A stretch of 64,000 nucleotides of DNA from Candidatus Woesebacteria bacterium (GTDB lineage Bacteria; Patescibacteriota; Microgenomatia; UBA8517). Shown here in pieces: positions 1 through 9,719 of the stretch. The DNA is taken from positions 716,175-780,174 of the forward strand of contig CP065002.1 in the NCBI GenBank assembly GCA_016700095.1. The letters are read 5' to 3'. The first letter of the stretch is position 1. Every line of letters begins with the position of its first letter. The notes under the pieces are model-generated. The model was not told the DNA's origin and ran no database searches. It worked only from the letters and a program-made list of their open reading frames with translations. A program made the position numbers and the translations under genes.

Positions 1-54
1 TCAAATATTACCGTCCTAGTTTATTGTATCAGACACCTATTAATTACTAACTCA

Positions 55-1386
55 TTACTTGTGAATGTCATGTGCAACCAGCAGATGATGATACCTTCTT
101 GCAAAACGATGTGCTTCGTCTCGAAGTCGTTGTAGTAAATTTAATGCAGGCCCCTTGGGTAGTTTAACAAGATTATATTGTGCTGGTTTTTGAGTATTTT
201 TGATCACAAGTGTTTCGTATCTTTTTGCAAGACCTACTATTTGAATTTTCGTGTCGGAAAACACGTCACAAAAAACACTAACTTGCCCTTTTCCACCATC
301 AACTACGATCAGATCAGGTGTACCCCAATCACGAAGTCTAGCCTTTCTCCTTCGTGCAATTTCTTTCATTGAATCGGTATCACTCGTTTTTTTGTCTTGC
401 CGAATTTTAAAATGCCGGTATAACTTTTTTTCCGACACGCCATCGATAAACGTCACCATTGAGGCAGTCGCATTCACACCTGAAATGTGGGCAACATCAA
501 AACATTCGATACGATGCAATTTGTCGATGCTTACTCCATTTTCTTGTAAAATATTATTTAGGCTTTCACCCTCTTGTCGTCTTATGTCTTCTATGAAGTT
601 TGGGTTAATAAGGTATTTATCGATATTAATTATCGGTTGAGTAATGTATTCTAACTTATCTAATACTTCTTTGACTTTAAACGCTTCCTCATACATTTCT
701 TTGTCGGCAAATACTTTCATAGTTTTCTCTAATTCATTTCTTACCTTGTCAATATTGCCATCAAGTACTTTTTTAATTAAGCGGATGTTTGTTGTGTATT
801 TACGAGTTAATTCTTTTATTAACTTTATATCGTTTTGAATATTTATGTCGTTCGGACACGGATTACATAACCCTATTTGACTATCCAAGCAAGCTCTTTT
901 TTCCAGTACGTGATTTGAAAAAGGAAATACCCGCTTTAGTAGTCTAAGTATCACCCGGACATTTTCTCCCGATGGAAACGGTCCGTAAAACGAAATTAAG
1001 TGTTCGCTCTCGTCAATTTTTCGTGCAGTCAATACTCTTGGATATTTTTCTTTTGTAATTTTTATATATAGCGGATTCTTGTCATCGCGTAATTCAAAAT
1101 TATATTGAGGTTTATATTTCCTAACTAATTTGGCCTCCAGAAGTAACGCCTCTAGTTCACTTGCCACTTCAATATATGAAATTTTATAAGATCCCCCTAC
1201 CATAATTTTAGTCTTTCCTTCAATGCTTCCGAGAAAATAAGTAGACACCCGGTTATATAGATTTTTTGCTTTTCCGATATATCTTATTTTCCCATCTTTA
1301 TCTTGAAAGAAATACACACCCGGCGTAGTAGGTAGACTTTTTAGGAACGATTTTTTCTTAATAATATACTTTGCGTTTACGAGCAT
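55..1386 (-). CDS. uvrC: Excinuclease ABC subunit C (UvrC), short form lacking the C-terminal (HhH)2 domain
   Basis: N-terminal GIY-YIG motif (GVYFFQDKDGKIRYIGKAKNL...R). Central UvrB-interaction region. C-terminal RNase H-like endonuclease region (ECFDVAHISG...DGG.GQ...DEAHRFA). The protein ends right after this, at 443 aa versus about 600 canonical. Confidence 0.85.
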   Translation of the reverse strand: MLVNAKYIIKKKSFLKSLPTTPGVYFFQDKDGKIRYIGKAKNLYNRVSTYFLGSIEGKTKIMVGGSYKISYIEVASELEALLLEAKLVRKYKPQYNFELRDDKNPLYIKITKEKYPRVLTARKIDESEHLISFYGPFPSGENVRVILRLLKRVFPFSNHVLEKRACLDSQIGLCNPCPNDINIQNDIKLIKELTRKYTTNIRLIKKVLDGNIDKVRNELEKTMKVFADKEMYEEAFKVKEVLDKLEYITQPIINIDKYLINPNFIEDIRRQEGESLNNILQENGVSIDKLHRIECFDVAHISGVNATASMVTFIDGVSEKKLYRHFKIRQDKKTSDTDSMKEIARRRKARLRDWGTPDLIVVDGGKGQVSVFCDVFSDTKIQIVGLAKRYETLVIKNTQKPAQYNLVKLPKGPALNLLQRLRDEAHRFARRYHHLLVAHDIHK

Positions 1387-1404
1387 ATGTGGGAACTTAA
1401 TAAT

Positions 1405-3234
1405 TTATTTTCTAAATTTATGAATAATATGTAGTTTTAATTTACCCATTTTTACAAGTAATATTAAGATAAAAATAAGAAGGATAGACGATATAATTGT
1501 TAAATTAATAATGACTACGATATATTTATAAGTAGGGATACTTAAATCAATGTCTTGTACCGTAACCGACAACATGTCGGGTGTATTAAAACCAAGAACT
1601 CCATAGGGAATTTTTGTTTTAAACACCACTTCACTAAACGGCGGTATTACTTCGACTATTCTATTGTCCAATGAATTATCATCGAGACTAACCTTATATG
1701 ACAAATTGTATTCGGCCTTCGGACCTGGGTTGTAAACTGTTACCAGCGCACTGCTACCCAAAAACGGGACAACCTTTGTTCTCGAAGCTTTTATTTGCAA
1801 ATTATTCTCCCGATCTTGCGGTAGTTGTCCGAAGTTCACCCAGACATCCTTTTGAGGATTAGGACCCAATTTATACGATCCTGGGGGGAATGGTTCACGG
1901 TCGTTAACTCCGTGTATAACAAAGGCAAAATGGCGCAAATCTAACTTCGTAAAATAATCAACCCCACCTGTGGTTGAACCCCACGTAGGATCGATTGGCA
2001 CCCAAACTTTTGATACTTCATCCCAATATTCAGGCCAAGAATGCAACACGTCGGCAACTAATGACAGTGGTTCAATTTCAGGATTTTCCGTATACGCATA
2101 GCCGTTTACTTCACGGGCAGGTATTCCAGCTGCCCGCGCTAATGCTATAAATAAATCCGTGAATTCCATACATATAGCAGAGTCGGGATTACTGAGCGCT
2201 TCAACAGCTCCTAGTCGGGATACATTAGGTAATACCCTTTCATAATCGTAATAAAGAGTATTTACAACATAGTTATAAATTGCCTCCGGAGTCTTTAAAG
2301 ATTTGGCCAATTTTACAATTTCTGGATTATCACTCTGCCAATATTGAGTTGCCTTTAAGTTTTGGGCAAGTGTATCGGATGAAAATGTCATGTGCGGTTT
2401 GGGAACAGCAAATATTTCGACAGATCCCAGGACATTAACATCCAACCGCTGGCGTGGTTGTAATTCGAATTGCGCCAACCAATTGCCATCATCATCAATA
2501 CGAATCGTTGTTGGTTGTGGATCAATTTTCGTATAGTACATTCTTTGTATTGAATTATCGGGAGGAAGTGCTATATCAATTGAAGTTGCCTTGTTTATCG
2601 GATTTTCCAAATGATAAGCGAGTGAAAATGTGAATACCTGAAATTTTCCAAAACCCGCTGTAATACCACTTTTTACTACATCTTCTTTCCCAAATTCGAA
2701 TACATTTTTGCCGGCAATAGTATTGGTTAGACGCGGTTCCGGTGAAATATATGCTTTCGATCCCCAAGTATCGGGAATAACCAGCTCTACATCATAGTTA
2801 TCAAAAGTATCGTAATCTTTAAGTTTAGGAATAGTTACTTCCCATATCTCACCTTTTTGTATGGCTAAATTACGATCGTCGTAAAGAATAGTAAACTCAC
2901 GTGTTTTTCCTAAACCGACAATGTATTCATCAAAAACAACGTCGATAGTTGTACCGCCGACATCACTTTCAACCTTAATATCAATTTCCTTACCATTTTG
3001 GCTTGCTTTAATATTTTCCGGTGACAAGCTCTCAAGCGTTAATTTAAATTTCTCTGCATGGACATCCGAGCGTAAATTCTCGATACTAACCATGTGTGAA
3101 ACTTTTACCAAGCCGTCTTCTTTGATGTCATAAACAACAAACGAGTTAACCTTAAACGATTCATCGCCATATACCTGTTTTGGAAATGCAAACACGGCAA
3201 GTGCAATTAGCGTTAGTAATATATTTTTCAACAT
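1405..3234 (-). CDS. Transglutaminase-like (cysteine protease fold) secreted protein with N-terminal signal peptide and C-terminal TM anchor
   Basis: N-terminal hydrophobic signal (LLTLIALAVFAFP). Transglutaminase-core motif with catalytic Cys context (SAICMEFTDLFIALARAAGIPAREVNGYAY). C-terminal hydrophobic helix (VVIINLTIISSILLIFILILLV). Confidence 0.6.
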   Translation of the reverse strand: MLKNILLTLIALAVFAFPKQVYGDESFKVNSFVVYDIKEDGLVKVSHMVSIENLRSDVHAEKFKLTLESLSPENIKASQNGKEIDIKVESDVGGTTIDVVFDEYIVGLGKTREFTILYDDRNLAIQKGEIWEVTIPKLKDYDTFDNYDVELVIPDTWGSKAYISPEPRLTNTIAGKNVFEFGKEDVVKSGITAGFGKFQVFTFSLAYHLENPINKATSIDIALPPDNSIQRMYYTKIDPQPTTIRIDDDGNWLAQFELQPRQRLDVNVLGSVEIFAVPKPHMTFSSDTLAQNLKATQYWQSDNPEIVKLAKSLKTPEAIYNYVVNTLYYDYERVLPNVSRLGAVEALSNPDSAICMEFTDLFIALARAAGIPAREVNGYAYTENPEIEPLSLVADVLHSWPEYWDEVSKVWVPIDPTWGSTTGGVDYFTKLDLRHFAFVIHGVNDREPFPPGSYKLGPNPQKDVWVNFGQLPQDRENNLQIKASRTKVVPFLGSSALVTVYNPGPKAEYNLSYKVSLDDNSLDNRIVEVIPPFSEVVFKTKIPYGVLGFNTPDMLSVTVQDIDLSIPTYKYIVVIINLTIISSILLIFILILLVKMGKLKLHIIHKFRK

Positions 3235-3402
3235 AGACTCATAAAGTATACCTTATTGTAAAGCTAAATTTTTCTTTATTAATTTTCGAAGTGTATTAAA
3301 ACCGGACAGCTTAAAAAGTTGGCAATATGCTGTGGTTGAAGTGTAAGTTAATATAAGCTTCCTGAATGTTATTGAATATTTACGTGTGAAATTAAGATGT
3401 CG

Positions 3403-6318
3403 TCATTTAATATACTGGGCTGTATATGAGTTTTTTGCTGATTTCAAATTCTCGTAAGGTCCAGAATAAACTATTTGTCCGCCTCTATCGCCACCTTCCG
3501 GACCAAGATCAATTATCCAATCGGCATTTTTAATTACATCAATATTGTGTTCGATAACAACAACCGTATTTCCTTTCTCGACCAGTAGTCGTAATACGTT
3601 AAGCAACTTTTCAATATCTGCAAAATGCAGTCCGGTCGTGGGTTCATCGAGAATATAAATTGTTTTACCCGTTTGTCTTTTGGCCAGTTCCGCCGACAAC
3701 TTCACTCTTTGTGCTTCTCCACCCGAAAGTGTTGTCGCTGATTGACCAAGTTCCATGTAACCAAGCCCTACGGCCTGCAAAGTTTCAAGTTTTGATAAAA
3801 TTGCAGGATGTGCATGGAAAAATTCAGCCGACTCGTCTATCGTCATACTTAATATTTGAGCTATATTTTTACCTCGATACTCTACCTCAAGCGTCTGCGA
3901 ATTATAACGAGTACCTTTACAAACATCGCAAGTTACCCAAATATCGCTCATAAACTGCATTTCTATTCTGTTTTGCCCCTGACCTTCACAGGCTTCACAC
4001 CTACCGCTTTTTATATTAAATGAAAACCGCCCCTTTTTGTAACCAAACGTCTTTGCCGATCTGGTGTTGGCAAAGACATCGCGAATATTATCGAAAACTT
4101 TCGTATACGTTGCCGGGTTACTTCGCGGTGTTCTACCAATCGGAGATTGATTGATTAACACTACCTTATCGACATTTTCCACTCCCTCGATACCCGTATA
4201 TTTAGGCAAATCTTCCTTGTAATAATGTGATAATTCGTTCTGAAGAGCCGGATAAAGTGTTTCGACCAATAGTGTTGATTTTCCACTTCCCGACACTCCC
4301 GTTAGAACGACTAATTTTGCAAGCGGAAATTCAACATCAATGTTCTTTAAATTAAACTGAGATGCTCCTGTCAATTTAAGTGATTTGCTGCCCAATTCGA
4401 GGAATAACTTTTTTGTGTGTGTAATTTTTTTCTTCCCTGACAAATAATCACCTGTAATGGAATTTTTGTCTTTCACTATTTCTTCGCACGTGCCCTGAGC
4501 TATAACTCGCCCGCCAAGTTTTCCTGCACCTGGTCCAAAGTCAACGATATAGTCCGACTGTTTCATCATTTCATCATCGTGTTCAACCACAATAACCGTA
4601 TTCCCCAAGTCTCTTAATTTTTTTAACGTGTCAATTAATTTTTGATTATCACGCATATGTAAACCGATTGTCGGCTCATCGAGAACATAAAGTACTCCCG
4701 TAAGTCCCGACCCAATTTGACTTGCTAGTCGTATTCTTTGCGCTTCACCTGAGGACAAAGTGGCGGCGGATCGATCGAGCGTCAAATACTCTAAACCGAC
4801 CGAAATTAGAAACGAAAGACGATTGGAAATTTCTTTTAATATTAAATCCCCAATCTCGAGTTCTCTTGTATTTAATAAAGTTTCTTTTTGAGATAGACCG
4901 TGGATCCATTCGACGCACTGAGTAATCGACATGTTCGTAACTTCGGCTATAGACAAACCCCAAATCGTAACCGACAAAGCTTCTTTCGACAGACGTTTAC
5001 CATTACATTCTTCACAAGTTTTTTCGCGCATATATTTCTCAATCTCTTGTTTAACCCAGGTGCTTTCCGTTGCTTTATATCGGTTGGTTAATTCGGTAAT
5101 AATTCCCGTAAACGTTTCATAAATGTAAGTATTTTTCCCAAATCTGTTTTTACCCTCAACCTTATATTCCCGGTCTCCTGTGCCATGTAACAACACATCA
5201 ACATTTTCCGGTGAAAGATTTTTAAACGGAATTCTTGGATTAATGCCGTTTTTTTCACAAACTGTAAGCATTAGCCTTGAATACCATGTTTGATTTTCAA
5301 ATATATTCGAGAAAGGAAGTATCGCTCCTTCCATAATTGAAATATCATGTGCAAATAGTCTATCAGGGGCGATTTTTTGTAATCGACCTATCCCGAAACA
5401 CTTGGAACAAGCTCCGTGTGGTGAGTTAAATGAAAAAGTTCTTGGTTCCACTTCCGGAATTTGTATATTGTCATAAGGACATGCAAAACTCTGTGAATAC
5501 AAATGGTCTTCGAAACTTGTAGGATACTCGGGTATGTCAAACGTTTTATCGAGTATTTTGGAAACGATAACTAGTCCATCGGTCAATTTTAATGCTTGCT
5601 CCACCGAATCGGTCAGTCTCCCTTTAAAACTGCTTTGAAATATTTCTTCTTTCAAATCCTTGTGTGATATGGAAATTTTATCAACCATGGCTTCGATGGT
5701 ATGTTTGTTGGTTTTTATAAGCACAAAATCTTCACCCAAGTCTTTAATCGTCTTATCCACTCTCACTTTTTTAAATCCTTTGGCTTTTAAATTCGAGAAT
5801 AGGGATCCAAATTCACCCTTTTTGTCTCTTACAACGGGAGCAAAAATCATAAGCTTAATAATTTTTTCCTTTTTGGTGGTATCAAGTATCATCTTCATGA
5901 TGGCATCGACAATCTGATCAATACTTTGTGTGCTTATTTCTCTTTGACAAACCGGACAATGCGGGTGACCAATACGCGCGAAGAGTAGTCTTAAATAATC
6001 ATAAACTTCGGTAACCGTTCCGACTGTTGACCTTGGATTTCTCGATGCGGCTTTCTGATCTATTGATATAGCGGGGGAAAGTCCTTCAATTAAATCTACA
6101 TCGGGTTTTTCCATAACACCAAGAAACTGCCTGGCATACGTAGAGAGACTCTCCACATATCTTCTTTGGCCTTCGGCATAAATCGTGTCATATGCTAATG
6201 AACTTTTTCCGCTCCCCGACACACCGGTAAATACTACCAATTTATTTTTGGGTACATCGAGATCTACATTTTTTAGATTATGTACTCGTGCACCTTTAAT
6301 TATTATTTTGTCATTCAT
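3403..6318 (-). CDS. uvrA: Excinuclease ABC subunit A (UvrA)
   Basis: 971 aa with two ABC ATPase modules. Walker A GVSGSGKSSL appears twice, plus LSGGEAQR signatures and zinc-finger Cys clusters. Begins MNDKIIIKGARVHNLKNVDL. Confidence 0.95.
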   Translation of the reverse strand: MNDKIIIKGARVHNLKNVDLDVPKNKLVVFTGVSGSGKSSLAYDTIYAEGQRRYVESLSTYARQFLGVMEKPDVDLIEGLSPAISIDQKAASRNPRSTVGTVTEVYDYLRLLFARIGHPHCPVCQREISTQSIDQIVDAIMKMILDTTKKEKIIKLMIFAPVVRDKKGEFGSLFSNLKAKGFKKVRVDKTIKDLGEDFVLIKTNKHTIEAMVDKISISHKDLKEEIFQSSFKGRLTDSVEQALKLTDGLVIVSKILDKTFDIPEYPTSFEDHLYSQSFACPYDNIQIPEVEPRTFSFNSPHGACSKCFGIGRLQKIAPDRLFAHDISIMEGAILPFSNIFENQTWYSRLMLTVCEKNGINPRIPFKNLSPENVDVLLHGTGDREYKVEGKNRFGKNTYIYETFTGIITELTNRYKATESTWVKQEIEKYMREKTCEECNGKRLSKEALSVTIWGLSIAEVTNMSITQCVEWIHGLSQKETLLNTRELEIGDLILKEISNRLSFLISVGLEYLTLDRSAATLSSGEAQRIRLASQIGSGLTGVLYVLDEPTIGLHMRDNQKLIDTLKKLRDLGNTVIVVEHDDEMMKQSDYIVDFGPGAGKLGGRVIAQGTCEEIVKDKNSITGDYLSGKKKITHTKKLFLELGSKSLKLTGASQFNLKNIDVEFPLAKLVVLTGVSGSGKSTLLVETLYPALQNELSHYYKEDLPKYTGIEGVENVDKVVLINQSPIGRTPRSNPATYTKVFDNIRDVFANTRSAKTFGYKKGRFSFNIKSGRCEACEGQGQNRIEMQFMSDIWVTCDVCKGTRYNSQTLEVEYRGKNIAQILSMTIDESAEFFHAHPAILSKLETLQAVGLGYMELGQSATTLSGGEAQRVKLSAELAKRQTGKTIYILDEPTTGLHFADIEKLLNVLRLLVEKGNTVVVIEHNIDVIKNADWIIDLGPEGGDRGGQIVYSGPYENLKSAKNSYTAQYIK

Positions 6319-6341
6319 TATAGTAAGGCTAATTTATCTAG

Positions 6342-8390
6342 CTAACTTTCAAGTAGCCGTATTCGATCTCTAATTTCTGCCGCAAATTCAAAATTCAAAT
6401 CTTTTGCCGCCAACCTCATCTCAGTGCGTAGTTTACGCGTTAATTTACGCCTGTCAACCGGAGTGAGACTCTCTTTGTCTATTTCCGGTAAAGTAGTCTT
6501 GCCAAAATCTTTGTCAAACAACACCTCGAGCTCGCTATTTTTGTCCATGTCAATTAACCTTTCGCGAATAGGTTTTTTTATCGGTGTCGGTTTGATACCT
6601 AACTTTTTGTTCATATATAGTTGATATTCTCTGCGCCTTCGCACTTCACCTAACGCTCTTTCCATCGACCCTGTAATTTTATCGGCGTATAAGATAACCT
6701 TTCCGTCCACATGTCTTGCCGCTCGCCCCATTGTTTGTATAAGCGAAACTTCGCTTCTTAAAAAGCCTTCTTTGTCGGCATCGAGTATCGCAACTAAAGA
6801 TACTTCAGGTAAATCCAACCCTTCGCGCAACAAATTAACTCCGATTAAACAATCGTATGTACCTTTTCTTAAGTCATCCAAAATATCGCCTCGTTCAAGA
6901 GTTTTTACATCGGAATGTAAATAGTGCACTTTCAAGCCTTGGTCATTTAAATAGCCCGCCAAGTCTTCAGCCGTTCGTTTTGTAAGTGTGGTAATTAGCG
7001 ACCGTTCTTTCACTTTCATTGACGCCCTTTTTTTAACTTCTTTAATAACGTCTTTAACTTGCGTTCCCACCGGTCTTATTTCCACTAAGGGATCGGGGAT
7101 ACCGGTTGGCCGCATAAGTTGTTCAACGACGCCATTTCCCTCGTTTTTTTCTCCGGCAGAATGTTTGGCAATCGACAATTCCCACTCCGATGGCGTAGCT
7201 GTTGTAGCGATAAAGTTAGGAATTCGCCGCATAAATTCGTCAAATGTCAAAGGACGGTTATCAAAAGACGAAGGCAGACGAAATCCATAGTCAACCAAGG
7301 TTGTTTTTCTCGCCCTATCTCCTTGATACATACCTCGTACTTGAGGAAATGTGATATGACTTTCATCTACTATTACCAACCAATCTTTCCCAAAAGGTTC
7401 TTTGAAGTAATCAAGTAAGGTAAAAGGCGGATCTCCCGGTTTTCTTTTGTCAAAATACATCGAATAATTTTCAATTCCTTTTACATATCCTACTTCCTTT
7501 AGCATTTCCATTTCATATGTTACTTTTTGCTTTAATCTGTGCGCCTCCAGTTCTTTGCCATTGTCTTTAAGCAATTTGACCTGCTTGTCCAAATCGGCAA
7601 ATATCTTTTTAAATGTTTCCTCGTGCTCTGATGTATCAGTCATAAAGTGTTTCGCAGGATACAAAAAGAAGGTATCTTTACTGTCTTTTTCTATTATTTC
7701 ACCACTAACCGGATCGATGGAATTAACTTTACAAATTTTTCCTTGATCGATTTCTATTGTAAACCCTGTATCCTGATAAGCAGGATAGATATCAATACTA
7801 TCCCCCTTGACCCTAAATGTGCCCCTATGAAATCCAAAGTCTCCCCTGTCATATTGCAAATCCACTAACCGATCAATAATGTTTTCTCGCGATATTGTGG
7901 TTCCAACTTTGAAGGTAAAAACGAAGTTTTTATACTCTTTTGGTGATCCTATATTATAAATACACGATACGGATGCTACAACAATCGTATCCTTTCTGGT
8001 TAATAAGTTTGCGGTTGTAGCCAAACGGAGTTTATCGATTAGTTCATTTATACCGGCATCTTTCTCGATGTACGTGTCGGTACTGGGAATATAAGCTTCA
8101 GGTTGATAATAGTCATAATAACTCACGAAGTAATTAACCGAATTATCTGGAAAGAAATCCCTAAATTCCTGGTAAAGTTGACCCGCTAATGTTTTATTAT
8201 GCGAAATTATCAAAGTCGGTTTTTGCAGTTTTTCGATTAAATTTGCAACCGTAAATGTTTTTCCTGAACCCGTAACGCCCAAAAGAACTTGATAGTCAAC
8301 TCCTTTGTTAACTCCTATTTCAAGTTTTTTTATAGCCGACAATTGCTCTTTTGTGGGTTTATAAGTTGATGTTAATTTAAATTTTTGCAC
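6342..8390 (-). CDS. uvrB: Excinuclease ABC subunit B (UvrB)
   Basis: 682 aa with helicase motifs (GVTGSGKTFT, VSYYDYYQPEAY, DESH). C-terminal UvrB/UvrC interaction helix (EMRLAAKDLNFEFAAEIRDRI). Confidence 0.95.
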   Translation of the reverse strand: MQKFKLTSTYKPTKEQLSAIKKLEIGVNKGVDYQVLLGVTGSGKTFTVANLIEKLQKPTLIISHNKTLAGQLYQEFRDFFPDNSVNYFVSYYDYYQPEAYIPSTDTYIEKDAGINELIDKLRLATTANLLTRKDTIVVASVSCIYNIGSPKEYKNFVFTFKVGTTISRENIIDRLVDLQYDRGDFGFHRGTFRVKGDSIDIYPAYQDTGFTIEIDQGKICKVNSIDPVSGEIIEKDSKDTFFLYPAKHFMTDTSEHEETFKKIFADLDKQVKLLKDNGKELEAHRLKQKVTYEMEMLKEVGYVKGIENYSMYFDKRKPGDPPFTLLDYFKEPFGKDWLVIVDESHITFPQVRGMYQGDRARKTTLVDYGFRLPSSFDNRPLTFDEFMRRIPNFIATTATPSEWELSIAKHSAGEKNEGNGVVEQLMRPTGIPDPLVEIRPVGTQVKDVIKEVKKRASMKVKERSLITTLTKRTAEDLAGYLNDQGLKVHYLHSDVKTLERGDILDDLRKGTYDCLIGVNLLREGLDLPEVSLVAILDADKEGFLRSEVSLIQTMGRAARHVDGKVILYADKITGSMERALGEVRRRREYQLYMNKKLGIKPTPIKKPIRERLIDMDKNSELEVLFDKDFGKTTLPEIDKESLTPVDRRKLTRKLRTEMRLAAKDLNFEFAAEIRDRIRLLES

Positions 8391-8423
8391 ACTCTACATA
8401 ATAGCGGAAACAAATACCAAATA

Positions 8424-8481
8424 CAACCCGAATATCCAAGGCTAAATTACCTCTTGACCAATTCGGGTTTTATTTGTATAA
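8424..8481. promoter_or_regulatory. Divergent uvrB/lexA control region: 9-bp perfect inverted repeat flanking a sigma70-like -35/-10
   Basis: AACCCGAAT at 8424-8432 and ATTCGGGTT at 8460-8468, with a 27-bp spacer. TTGACC at 8454-8459 and TATAAA at 8476-8481 are 16 bp apart. Position fits a lexA promoter and possible operator; no canonical Cheo or E. coli SOS box is visible. Confidence 0.25.
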
Positions 8482-8508
8482 ATAAGAGTGTTAAAGATTT
8501 AAAAAAAT

Positions 8509-9129
8509 ATGGCACCAATAGTTTACAAACGTCAGGGACAAATTCTCGATTTCATCCGTCAGTTTATACAGACAAACAAATCTGCACCCACACTTCGTGA
8601 TATCGCCGATGCCATCAACGTTTCATCTTTGGCTACTGTTCATGAGCATTTGACCGCATTGGAACACAAAGGTTTGATAAAACGCAAAAGTGGGAAAACG
8701 CGATCGATAGAATTAGTCGGTGTTGGTGAGGAGTTGCTTGAAAAAGAGTTTGAAGTTCCCATACTTGGTTTTATTGCAGCGGGAGCCCCAATTGAACCTT
8801 ATACCGATCCCAATGCAAGTATTTCAATTCCCAACTCTTTTGCCGATAGCAAAAAGCGTATCTTTGTTCTCAAGGTCAGGGGTGAATCAATGATCGAAGC
8901 ACAAATCAGAGATGGAGATTATGTTGTCATCGAGCAAACTGATATTGCACAAAACGGGGATATTGTTGTTGCACTGCTTGATAACGGTATGGCAACACTC
9001 AAAAGATTTTTCAAAGAAGCAACTCGTATTCGATTGGAACCCGCCAATCAAAGCATGAGTCCAATATTTGTTAAAAATGTGAGAGTTCAAGGAAAAGTTG
9101 TGGGGCTTATAAGAAAGTATAAAAATTAA
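8509..9129 (+). CDS. lexA: LexA repressor (S24 peptidase)
   Basis: N-terminal wHTH (TLRDIADAINVSSLATVHEHLTALEHKGLIKR). Cleavage-site region (AAGAP). S24 catalytic Ser/Lys context (GESMIEAQIRDGDYVV...VALLDNGMATLKRF). Confidence 0.9.
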   Translation: MAPIVYKRQGQILDFIRQFIQTNKSAPTLRDIADAINVSSLATVHEHLTALEHKGLIKRKSGKTRSIELVGVGEELLEKEFEVPILGFIAAGAPIEPYTDPNASISIPNSFADSKKRIFVLKVRGESMIEAQIRDGDYVVIEQTDIAQNGDIVVALLDNGMATLKRFFKEATRIRLEPANQSMSPIFVKNVRVQGKVVGLIRKYKN

Positions 9130-9232
9130 ACTTCTTTTTTTAAATTAGACAAACGCTACAGAACATCGATATTATTTCACCTACCGCTTATAATGAATAT
9201 AATCGATAAGCAATTAATATCTTTAACAATTA

Positions 9233-9421
9233 CTAAAGAGTATCGTAAAGCGAAAACTCTTCCTCGACGTTTTGAGCGTCAACTTCCTCAAAGTGATCTA
9301 CATCAGACAATACATCCATTGGGTCAAAACTAGTGTCGCCTGACACAAACACACCTGAAACAAACTGTAATTGTGTTCCCTTTTTCAATCCTCCTAGGTC
9401 TTTTTTCAATCTGTACATCAT
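9233..9421 (-). CDS. Small acidic hypothetical protein (62 aa)
   Basis: Strong Shine-Dalgarno (AAGGGGGTGA) about 7 nt upstream of the ATG on the minus strand. Acidic C-terminal half. No recognisable domain. Confidence 0.35.
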   Translation of the reverse strand: MMYRLKKDLGGLKKGTQLQFVSGVFVSGDTSFDPMDVLSDVDHFEEVDAQNVEEEFSLYDTL

Positions 9422-9719
9422 TATTTATCACCCCCTTTCCCAATAGAAAAGTCTATTGTTGAAAACGGATTTCCCTAATTCGAAGATTAAGCAAAAATAA
9501 CACAATATTTGTGTCATTGCAACCCCCAAAAATGAAGTATCGGTAATTGTTTTTTTAACAAACTTTAGCTAGTAAATGAAATGCAGCTCAAAAACCTATT
9601 TTTTCTAAGGATAAGTTTGACTACGTCCTTACTTCAACTACGCCTTCTACAAGAAGTTTTCGTTTAATAAGAATAGACTACTTACGAAAAGTTCTTTTTA
9701 ATACCACCCGGTACTTTTA

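Noticed and set aside
8391-8508. Search for a canonical LexA box (GAAC-N4-GTTC or CTGT-N8-ACAG) upstream of lexA/uvrB.
   Set aside because: Neither consensus is present. Only the non-canonical 9-bp inverted repeat was found, reported as a low-confidence regulatory feature.
178-8600. Numerous 60-130-aa plus-strand ORFs lying antisense inside uvrC, uvrA, uvrB and other conserved genes. The pattern recurs across the window inside every long gene.
   Set aside because: Each is fully embedded opposite a long, motif-rich conserved CDS, has low-complexity Ser/Leu/Phe-rich composition typical of antisense AT-rich frames, and lacks an RBS. Treated as spurious.
9422-9719. 300-bp AT-rich intergenic between gpmI and the small acidic ORF, screened for tRNA/ncRNA. 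Contains ACACAA-ATA-TTGTGT plus a T-tract on the minus orientation.
   Set aside because: No tRNA-like T-arm (GTTCRANYC) or conserved ncRNA motif. The hairpin is a plausible weak gpmI terminator but only 6-7 bp. Not reported as a feature.
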